Below are positions 12,136 to 21,207 of a stretch of 64,000 nt of DNA, piece by piece. Source of the stretch: an uncultured Nitrososphaeraceae archaeon (GTDB lineage: Archaea > Thermoproteota > Nitrososphaeria > Nitrososphaerales > Nitrososphaeraceae); assembly GCA_963765895.1 (NCBI GenBank), contig CAVXZB010000084.1, positions 384,001 to 448,000 of the forward strand. Reading direction: 5' to 3'. The notes beneath the pieces are model-generated. The model searched no databases. It was not told the DNA's origin and saw only the letters and a program-made list of their open reading frames with translations. Each line of letters opens with the position of its first letter. Positions within the stretch are counted from its first letter, which is position 1. Both the position numbers and the translations under genes were made by a program.

Positions 12136-12774
12136 ATGAATAAACTTTGGAAACTTGATAATTTCCGCTCTCTAATATTAACTTCTATTTCAATTCTGCT
12201 ATTCGTTTCAGCATCAGCTACATTATTCTCCCCACCATCATGGTATGAAAATGAAAATAAATCTTGCATCCAATGCGGATACATTGCCTTTGCCCAGAAT
12301 AATGGCAATTCTGGAAATGCGAATCTGAATAATGTTTCTCAGATGTGGGTAGATAAGACAAGCGGGATCGGTATAAATTTTGCATATTCCCCAGCTAAGC
12401 CAGCAGTAGATTCTCCCACTGAACTAAGATTCATTGTGCATGATTTGAAAAGTGGTATTAAGTTCAAAGATTTAGTTGCTCATGTCAGTATAACGTCCAA
12501 TAGTAGCGGACAAGAAAGAACGTTCAAGTTTAGCAACATTACTGCGCCTAATGGAGATTTCTTACTAAAATATATTTTTCCAGACTATGGCACATATCAA
12601 GTTATCGCTTCAGTTAGACCAAATACGTCTGCTGTCGCTCTTGCATCATTTCCAGTTACAATTCCAGTTCCAACTGCAAGTACTTTTACAAGTCCTACCA
12701 TGCCGATAGGAATTGTCATAATTATTGTTGGAATCGTGGCTCTGACAGTAGTAATCATTAAGATTAAAAAGTAG
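12136..12774 (+). CDS. Exported protein with Ig-like domain and C-terminal membrane anchor
   Basis: Hydrophobic N-terminus, beta-rich core (KYIFPDYGTYQV), Pro/Thr linker, TM helix followed by KIKK. Confidence 0.75.
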   Translation: MNKLWKLDNFRSLILTSISILLFVSASATLFSPPSWYENENKSCIQCGYIAFAQNNGNSGNANLNNVSQMWVDKTSGIGINFAYSPAKPAVDSPTELRFIVHDLKSGIKFKDLVAHVSITSNSSGQERTFKFSNITAPNGDFLLKYIFPDYGTYQVIASVRPNTSAVALASFPVTIPVPTASTFTSPTMPIGIVIIIVGIVALTVVIIKIKK

Positions 12775-13123
12775 AGTAATATTTATGATTCTAGCCATGA
12801 CTGCTCTTATTATGTTTCCAATACGACATACATCCGATCGAATTATATACATTTATTGAAGAGTAGGGAAACCAAGAAATTAGAATTTGATATTTAGAGA
12901 ATACATACTAATTGAATAGTGATCTGTAATAAGTTTGTCTTTTAATTATTGAACTTCGAAATAGATTGAACTGGACATTCATTATTTGCTACCTCCGTCC
13001 AAAGGGAACCACAAAGTATACAGTCTATAATTCGACAATCGAGCTATGCATATAAATGAGAAGTAAAGTGGCATGGAAATATAAATACAACGATTATATG
13101 TCTTCAGAGTCAAGTAATCGTGT

Positions 13124-13971
13124 TTGACTTCATCTATAGAGATCAAGAATCTAAAAAGAAAGGATGGTGACAATAAGAAAATAGATCTCAAGGGAGGCAC
13201 AGTCCTAGATGGACTCCCAAGCAGGTACTGGTCTAGTTAATGCTATTGCATCAGAATGTTTAATACGTTCAACAGGAACAGATCTTGTAGCATTTCTGGA
13301 CTCGCCAGATTTTCCACCATTATCTGTCATAACCAATTATATTCCTCAGTATCCCATACGAATTTATGTCAACGAAAATCTGAAAGTCGCATTCTTTGTC
13401 TCCGATATTAACATAGACAAGCTGCTATATAGAGAGGTAGCTAATGCAATTCTTACGTGGACAAGAGAAAATGAATGTAAATTAATCATTAGTGCGCAGG
13501 GTATTCAATCATCGTCTTATCCTCCCTCTCAGGATGATAATGGGAGAAATGATAATCCACATAATAATGGAGCTGCTAGTAAAAGCAATCAGAATGACCC
13601 ATCTGAATCAGCTACGCTTTCTCACTCCCATATCGATAGTTATGCAGTAACAAGTACCGGAATCTGCAACTCGATTAATTACCGGACATAGTAACTATTT
13701 TTCACATTTACGTAGCGGAACTATTACCGGTATTCCAGCAATCTTGTTAAATGAAGGCGCTTTGACAAATCTTGATGTAATCGTATTTTTGGTTAACGCA
13801 TTACCAGATATTCCGGACTTTCGAGCGGCTGCTATAGTTTCAGAATTTGTGAGCAAGATAATTCCAAACCTCTCCTGTGATATTGAAGCCTTGATGGTCG
13901 AGGCACAACTAATTGAAAATAGAATGAAGAATCTAAGAGATGAACACAAAAAAACATCATACATTGCATGA
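13124..13971 (+). CDS. PAC2-family proteasome assembly chaperone, two indels (~13222, ~13658)
   Basis: IDLKGGTVLDGLP / GLVNAIASECLI..LDSPDFPP / GTITGIPAILLNEG..PDFRAAA..LMVEAQLIE across three frames. Confidence 0.82.
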
Positions 13972-14260
13972 GTGAGTAAAAGCTCACCATCATTCCATAG
14001 CACTGTTTTGATAACCATCATCTCGTGAAATATCGTTCGTATCTGATGGGAGTCCATATATAATATAGAACGCCAATATTACAGAAAGTCATATTCTATT
14101 CTATTCATATAATCGATATGTTTCGCAAACCAACAATCTGATGTTAAGGCTGAATTGATAAACCAAATCCGATCCGTATGCTAATCGTTATTGCGTGTTG
14201 GAGCACGTGGATAACGAATTAAATTATTTCCAATCGTCATTCTTGTACTCTTCTTGGAAT

Positions 14261-15067
14261 TTATTTCAATGACAGGCCATATCTCCAATCAGTTTTATCC
14301 ATATTATTTATGAATGAAAGCAAAACATTTTCGAGAGCTTTTAATGCTTGCATTCCCTTCTGAACAGTTGCTTTTCGTGGAGCACCAGTTGCTCCAGTGT
14401 TTGTCAGCTCATCAAATTTCCAATATATCCTTACCCTGTCGCTTGGAAATTTTGGAACTATTTCAATAGGTGCGTAATCCATATTAACCAAGTCTGGTCT
14501 TACAGCGAGCATTGTGGATGTCTCAGCTTCTCCCCCATGACCAAGACCACGCCATACTTCGAATAAACCAGAGGTAATTTCTCCGATTAAAACCCACCAT
14601 GCTTCCAAACATGCGATTACTACCTCGGAATTCTTGTTTTTTGTAATTCTTGCAGCCGACTCAATTGGGGCAATATTTCCATCGTGTCCATTTATTACAA
14701 GGATTCTCTTTATTCCGTTCTTAACAATACTGCTAAAGAGATCCTCAACAATCATTTCAAGAGTATGAGATTCCAGACTCATTGTCATTTGAAATTCATT
14801 ATGATGCAGACTAACGCCATATGGGACGGCCGGAAGAATAATGATATTCTTGTTTTTGGATTTTGATGCCGTCCTTTTTGCTAACTCCATAGGAAAAATA
14901 AAGTCCGAGCCAAACGGCATATGATCCCCATGGTTCTCACAGGCACCAAACACAAGTATGGCGATTGTATCATTTTTTATGTTATTTCTAATTTGCCTCG
15001 CATTCATCTCTTCAAGTAATCTGCTGGACATACGATTACGAGCGAAATGAGCCTTTGTCATTTTCAT
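14261..15067 (-). CDS. Creatininase-family amidohydrolase
   Basis: GACENHGDHMPFGSD, PYGVSLHH, INGHDGN, GHGGEAETS. Confidence 0.9.
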   Translation of the reverse strand: MKMTKAHFARNRMSSRLLEEMNARQIRNNIKNDTIAILVFGACENHGDHMPFGSDFIFPMELAKRTASKSKNKNIIILPAVPYGVSLHHNEFQMTMSLESHTLEMIVEDLFSSIVKNGIKRILVINGHDGNIAPIESAARITKNKNSEVVIACLEAWWVLIGEITSGLFEVWRGLGHGGEAETSTMLAVRPDLVNMDYAPIEIVPKFPSDRVRIYWKFDELTNTGATGAPRKATVQKGMQALKALENVLLSFINNMDKTDWRYGLSLK

Positions 15068-15245
15068 GATTTTAGTATCTGGCTACTAGCTTATGTAAAT
15101 TTGGAAGAATACTTCAATGATCCTAATAGATAATTTAGATGGTCATAGCATTAATTCAACAAATAATTTGATCATTAGCAATAAGGTAGTACAGAATAAT
15201 AATCAAGATCTAGTATATTGACGTACTTCCACTATAAATACCACG

Positions 15246-15293
15246 ATATTATTTGCTATAACAGGATTATGATAAGAATCTGATATCATAGCT
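15246..15293 (+). promoter_or_regulatory. Conserved 48-bp upstream element with TATGATA-N9-TATCATA inverted repeat (copy 1 of 3)
   Basis: atattatttgctataacaggattatgataagaatctgatatcatagct is identical to the sequences at ~18219 and ~20017, each about 70 bp upstream of a paralogous ATG. Confidence 0.75.
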
Positions 15294-15363
15294 GTATAGA
15301 AATATAGCTTATCAATGGTTTCAAACGTAGAAATATCTGTATTATTGTATAGAGTTCAGTAAC

Positions 15364-15616
15364 ATGACAAATGGCATAATAAATAAATCTCTATTTTCAT
15401 GTGCCGTCCTTGCCGCTATACTGGTAGCAACAGGCATAATCTCAGCTCAAATAGCTCAATCTGCTGGCAGCGGAAAATACCTCGTCAACGATCAAGAGTA
15501 CTCAGGCTCATATCTGTCATTATAAATCTAAGAATTCTCCAATACTTCACTCTTGTAACGATGTCGTTAGGGGATCTGTTTCACATCCAGGTGAGTCAAA
15601 TGAAAGCACTAAGTAG
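15364..15616 (+). CDS. Small secreted protein with one divergent C-x12-C repeat (not in ORF track; indel at ~15466)
   Basis: Repaired translation MTNGIINKSLFSCAVLAAILVATGIISAQIAQSAAAENTSSTIKSTQAHICHYKSKNSPILHSCNDVVRGSVSHPGESNESTK*; upstream and downstream DNA resemble the 18338 and 20136 genes. Confidence 0.7.
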
Positions 15617-16206
15617 GAAGAAACCGCATTAAAATCGTAAAACATAACCAGAATCCTTCATTTTTTAGTCCCATGTATGTATGTTTTAGCAATTGTTATC
15701 TTGATTATAACTTATCATAGTCTGACGGACGTTTATCATTATTTTGTTGAAAAAATAAAGGGTATTGGTAGGGATATTTAGCTGTCTTGTGACTTAGGAT
15801 AAGATACGGAAGTCATATTTGGTAACAGCGTAGCGATGAATAAAAAATATACCATAGTGCTAAGTAACTAAGAACTAAGCATTTAAACAATCGTATAATT
15901 TCAATAAGCCCATTTTATTGACTCTTAAAACATTCATAGGTAACTATTCAGCTATATACAGTTACCTGGCTCTTCCAGTTTTTGAAATCAAATTAAGCCA
16001 TGTTTATTATTTGACCGTGATTTATTAAGTGTGTTTGTTATAATAATTTAGATGGATTATAGTTTTAATAAATTCATAAAGAGTAACGCTTCCTAGTTAA
16101 GGCAAGGTAAATTCAAGTCATTTCCAAAATCAAACTGGGGCGCGTACCTGTTCCATCTTTATTTATCAGGCTCGTAGTCAATTTAATATTTAGGCAGGAG
16201 ATTAGA

Positions 16207-17505
16207 TTAAGAAAAAGTAGGCAGGGGAATTCTGTCAGTACCGCCAGTATTGAAAGGCACTGTTCTGCCGCTATTCGAATGGACTGTATTGGCCGTATTG
16301 GCTGTATTGGTAGGGACTGTTCTGCCGCTATTCGAATGGACTGTACCGCCAGTATTGATGTTCATAATTGTCCCCCCATTTACGCATGAACCTGTTATGG
16401 GTGAGTTACCTCCTACCGTCATACATACAGGGGCTTGTCTAATATTTGGTCCACTGGCCCTATTGCCAGAACCGCTGGGACCATTGCCCGTCCCTATATT
16501 ACCACCTGAATTAGTGTTGTTACTAATAGCAGAATTCGTGCATGAACCTGTTATGGGTGAGTTACCTCCTACGGATATACATTCGACAGGGTCTTGTCTA
16601 ATATTTGGTCCACTGGCCCTATTGCCAGAACCGCTGGGACCATTACCCGTCCCTATATTACCACCTGAATTAGTGTTGTTACTAGTTGCAGCATTATTAC
16701 ACGAATCTGTGATCGGCGAGTTACCTCCTACTGATATACAGCTTGGATCTTGAATAATATCTGGGTCACCGCCGCCTGTACCGCCGCCACCATTATCTCC
16801 GCCGCCTGTACCGCCGCCACCATTATCTCCGCCGCCTGTACCGCCGCCACCATTATCTCCGCCGCCTGTACCGCCGCCACCATGTATCTCCGCCGCCTGT
16901 CACCGCCGCCTGTACCGCCACTGTCACCACCTATCTCCGCCCACCTGTCACCGCCACCACCCGTCTATCTCCGCCGCCTGTACCGCCGCCACCATTATCT
17001 CCGCCGCCTGTACCGCCGCCACCATTATCTCCGCCGCCTGTACCGCCGCCACCATTATCTCCGCCCTGCCCTGTACCCGCCGCCACCATTATCTCCGCCG
17101 CCTGTACCGCCGCCACCGTCTATCGCCGACCGCCTGTACCGCCGCCACCATTATCTCCGCCGCCTGTACCGCCGCCACCATTATCTCCGCCGCCTGTACC
17201 GCCGCCACCATTATCTCCGCCGCCGTATCTGCCGCCGCCACCATTATCTCCGCCGCCTGTCACCGCCCTGCCACCATTATCTCCGCCGCCTGTCACCGCC
17301 ATGTCCCGCCATTATCTCCGCCACCTGTATCTCCGCCGCCATCACAGTTGTACTCACAATTGTTATTTGCTATATGTAACAATTGTTCCAATCTCAATGG
17401 AGAAATATATGCAAAGCTTTGTTGTGAAGGTAATAGTCCAATATTTACTAATCCGCTAGCCACTAAAATCGATACTAAACTTAGTATAAGTATAGGGTTT
17501 TTCAT
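16207..17505 (-). CDS. Large secreted protein: signal peptide, CEYNC, about 19 x GGGDNGGGGT, then three C-x12-C repeats (frame broken inside the repeat tract)
   Basis: ORF pieces 17293-17505, 17120-17302 and 16931-17116 plus an open frame 16207-~16880 encoding QDPSCISVGGNSPITDSCNN..NSGG, QDPVECISVGGNSPITGSCTN..NSGG and QAPVCMTVGGNSPITGSCVN..NTGG. Confidence 0.8.
16380..16760 (-). repeat. About 159-bp coding repeat, three copies, encoding the Cys-hairpin unit
   Basis: Recurring gagttacctcctac and aatatttggtccactggccctattgccagaaccgctgggacc blocks. Confidence 0.85.
16768..17342 (-). repeat. GC-rich 30-bp tandem repeat, about 19 copies, encoding GGGDNGGGGT
   Basis: Unit ccgccgcctgtaccgccgccaccattatct repeated, with degenerate copies. 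Confidence 0.95.
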
Positions 17506-17647
17506 AACTGATAAAATACTTAGTATCTGTTATTTCTTGATTTGGAAGATTAAGTCTACCTTTTAGGGCTATCTGAGAAATCTAGTTCATACTACAGGAA
17601 AATTAAACTGAATTAGCTACTAAACAATTAGGTTTTAATAATATACC

Positions 17648-17663
17648 CTATGATCTCATAGGA
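17648..17663. promoter_or_regulatory. Palindrome CCTATGA-TC-TCATAGG upstream of the Gly-rich gene
   Basis: Shares TATGA/TCATA half-sites with the paralogue element but has a different spacer. Confidence 0.35.
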
Positions 17664-18161
17664 TCCTTTTCTTAAATTTTATTTTGTATAAACCACGTTA
17701 TTGGCTATATAAAGTTGGTAAATATCATACATTTCAGTTTCCTCTCTAGATTATACTTTATTGGATAAAAAGTAAAAATAGAAGTCAACAAATTTGTAGA
17801 TACACTGTGCTTCTACCTACATGATCTTTTACAAAGAAATACTTACAAATCTTCTAAATTTGTTAAAGGTGAGTGATAATACCACTTGATATTCGTAGGC
17901 ATATGAATTCACAAAGATAAAGTATCATCATCTTTGTTCTGCAAGTAAGAAAGACATAATTAAGATTTATAATATTTTAGAGATAATACATAATGACCGA
18001 ATACATAATGATCGCCAATTTTGTTCTCATCGGAAAACTAAATGCAAATTGCAATATGTAGAGAGCCAGCTGAATCTATTCGTTTATGATCAAAACTAGA
18101 CGAATATCTTAGAAATTGGTGCGCCGTATCTGGTATAAAAGTACTGATTAAAACGTATACA

Positions 18162-18827
18162 AACATACAATCTCTCAAACTCAGCATCTACACGTAGAAT
18201 CCATACTAATATATCGCTATATTATTTGCTATAACAGGATTATGATAAGAATCTGATATCATAGCTAAATACAAATACAGCTTACCAATGGTTTCAAACA
18301 CAGAAATATTTTGTGTTAATCTATATAGCTCGATAAAATGACAAATCGCACAACATCTAGTAAAATGCTCTCAATAGTAGCCGTTGCTGCTATGCTAGTA
18401 GCAACAACAACTATTGCAGCTTTAGTAACACAACCTGTGGCAGCACAAAGTATTTCAATACCGACCAACAATACCCAAGCATCAGCTTGTGATACCGCTG
18501 GTCTATCATCTGCAATAAGTGACTCCTGCAATAACTTGTTTAACAACAATGTTACTAATTCAGGCGGAGTACTTAACCTAGGACCTGGAACAGGAGGCGC
18601 AAGTATTTCAATACCAACTAGCAATGCTCAACAATCAGACTGTGAAACTGCTGGTGCATCTTCTGGTATCTCTGCATCCTGCAACAATAACGCTACAAAC
18701 ACTGTTGTAAACTCTGGCGGCATCAAAGTTAGACCATGTGGCTGTTGAGTGATCCTAAGCATAAGTAGAGACAAGAATAGTGTAAAAAGCGTAGAACATA
18801 ACCTGCAAAGGTTCTTTCCTTTTTTAT
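18162..18827 (+). repeat. About 665-bp direct duplication, copy A
   Basis: Matches 19960-20626; the 176 bp upstream of the ATG are identical. Confidence 0.95.
18338..18748 (+). CDS. Secreted Asn/Ser/Gly-rich protein with two C-x12-C repeats and C-terminal PCGC
   Basis: Signal peptide ending PVAA-Q; two units SISIPT..Q.3.C.12.CNN..NSGG; intact 136-aa ORF followed by a T-tract. Confidence 0.88.
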   Translation: MTNRTTSSKMLSIVAVAAMLVATTTIAALVTQPVAAQSISIPTNNTQASACDTAGLSSAISDSCNNLFNNNVTNSGGVLNLGPGTGGASISIPTSNAQQSDCETAGASSGISASCNNNATNTVVNSGGIKVRPCGC

Positions 18828-19959
18828 TTTTATTTTAAGTTAGATAATTAACTGCTATGTTATGGCGGTAATTTTTAGATTATTGTCTCATATTTATTAA
18901 TTGGCTAATCTATCTGTTCATTGAAGAAATAGGAAAACTCAGTAACATAAGATCTATAACTTCTATTGCCAGTCAAATTCTTACAAGTGGTGAATTTGAC
19001 TTGCTTAGCTCTAAAGTGCTGTCCTAGCTTTGTTGTAGATGCATTAAATGAATGACTGACAAGATGTTAGTTATACCGAAGTTGCTTTTGGATATATTTA
19101 GTATTCTTATAGTATCTTGAATTCTAGAAAGGCAGTTGGAAATGTTCCGAAATTATATACTCTTACGTATTTCAAAGTAAGAGAAAGAAGATAATGCATA
19201 ACGGCGGTGAACAGTTTGACTACATACATAATATTCAGACATTTACTAATACACACTCGAATAAAGAAAATAGCAAATACCAAATTGTTATCCGTAGTTA
19301 CATAGCAGAGTCGAAGAAGTACATAACAATAATGTAAAAATTTGTTCCTAGCAGTTGAAAATATGCCAAACACAAATAATGGTAAACACAGGTATGATGA
19401 CATGTTGTTAAAGCCTAGAACTAGACTAGAGGACATGGAGGGATTAATGGTCTTACTCCCTCAGAGAGGTTTCTACAAGAACAATTACACCTGGTACACA
19501 TACGAGAACCAAGAGCAGCATATAATCCCAATAGGTAATTCATGTAGGTAAATAGAAATGTAACCTATCTATGTAAGTACAACTGCTAGTAAGTATATTC
19601 TTATTGTTATAGATAAGGCTAGAAAATCATTTTATTATATTATCTTACCTCCTATATTAGTATAAAAGAGTACATATAGCTGATAACTTGGAACAATTTA
19701 ATCTGATCCTGATGCAGAAATAGATCCCGGAACATGTTGTCGAAGTGAAAGGGCTACTGTACATCTGGATACACAACAGTAGTATTAAATACAATAATCA
19801 ATTATTTACTCATCTGGTAGTAAAGACTGCTATCACACTTGGTGAGAAATACGACTACTCTAACCGCAATTATCTCAGGATTTGCGATACATTAATTTGG
19901 AAATATCAAATCTATGTCATACGTATAGTTGAGTAATTTAATTGATAGTTGGAGAGATT

Positions 19960-20626
19960 AACATACAATCTCTCAAACTCAGCATCTACACGTAGAATCC
20001 ATACTAATATATCGCTATATTATTTGCTATAACAGGATTATGATAAGAATCTGATATCATAGCTAAATACAAATACAGCTTACCAATGGTTTCAAACACA
20101 GAAATATTTTGTGTTAATCTATATAGCTCGATAAAATGACAAATCGCACAACATCTAGTAAAATGCTCTCAATAGTAGCCGTTGCTGCCTATGCTAGTAG
20201 CAACAACAACTATTGCAGCTTTAGTAACACAACCTGTGGCAGCACAAAGTATTTCAATACCGACCAGCAATAACCAATCACAAGCTTGTGATACCGCTGG
20301 TCTATCATCTGCAATAAGTGACTCCTGCAATGGATCGTTTAACAACAATGTTACTAATTCAGGTGGAGTACTTAACCTAGGTAATGGAACAGGAGGCGCA
20401 AGTATTTCAATACCAACTAGCACTGCTCAACAAACAGACTGTGAAACTGCTGGTGCACACTCTGGTATCTCTGCATCCTGCAACAATAACGCTACAAACA
20501 CTGTTGTAAACTCTGGCGGCATCAAAGTTAGACCATGTGGCTGTTAAGTGATCCTAAGCATAAGTAGAGACAAGATAGTGTAAAAGGCGTAGAATATAAC
20601 CTGCAAAGGTTCTTTCCTTTTTTTAT
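19960..20626 (+). repeat. About 665-bp direct duplication, copy B
   Basis: Matches 18162-18827. Confidence 0.95.
20136..20547 (+). CDS. Paralogue of the 18338 secreted repeat protein (extra C at ~20188)
   Basis: ATG at 20136 in identical context; gctgcCtatg versus gctgctatg; 10 amino-acid differences in the mature part. Confidence 0.88.
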
Positions 20627-21207
20627 CTTAACATAATAGACTAATTGTTATCTTGGCTTACATTTAGAGTGTAATTTACCGTTTACGTTGATTTATCGTT
20701 TACATTGATTTAGTAATTATGTGTCTCCCGCTGTTTGCTGAGAAGGTCTTGCCAATTTCAGTAGTTTATGCGGCATTTTGTATTGTATAGACCGAAGTAT
20801 TTGTAATTATTGAACATAGCTGATGACAGCCGGGCCGAGAGCTAATGATGCTGATAATTACAGTCAAAACCCCAAAAAGACGCGCAGCATATTATTGTTA
20901 TAACGCGACAAACATAAGTCAGATAAAACAAGATATCTTGGTATGCGCTCGGTTCGATGGCCAAGAATTCGTTAAAGGGCCAGGATGTCCAAAAACGACA
21001 TTTGATTAACATCAAAGATTTACATTTTGATAGCTCATTGATCTTAATGCTAGCCTATGGCCATTCAGTGATCTAAATTCAAGAATTCCAAATTAGCTCA
21101 AAAGACGAACCTTCTAGTTCTACAGAATATTTTACGCCTTCAGTGGTTAAATAATACCTAGATTTATACACCTATCGATCTATTTAGAAGACAAGGTCGT
21201 CTAGAAT

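Noticed and set aside
16768-17342. 30-bp tandem array as a CRISPR
   Set aside because: Units are contiguous with no unique spacers, the length is a multiple of 3, it lies inside a gene, and there are no cas genes
16250-17379. Plus-strand ORFs with LRRLYRRHHY, polyPro and TAATIISAAC repeats
   Set aside because: Antisense shadows of the minus-strand Gly-rich gene, which has a signal peptide and the family motifs
18338-20547. Paralogue pair as TR/VR of a diversity-generating retroelement
   Set aside because: Several differences involve no adenine (TTG/TCG, GGC/GGT, GCA/TCA), both copies have a promoter and signal peptide, and no reverse transcriptase is in the window
15364-20547. Cys/Ser/Thr-rich proteins as lanthipeptide or other RiPP precursors
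   Set aside because: They have Sec-type signal peptides and fixed Cys pairs, with no modifying enzyme, peptidase or transporter nearby
18162-20626. Direct repeats as ends of a composite transposon
   Set aside because: The repeats are the gene cassette itself; no transposase, terminal inverted repeats or target duplication seen
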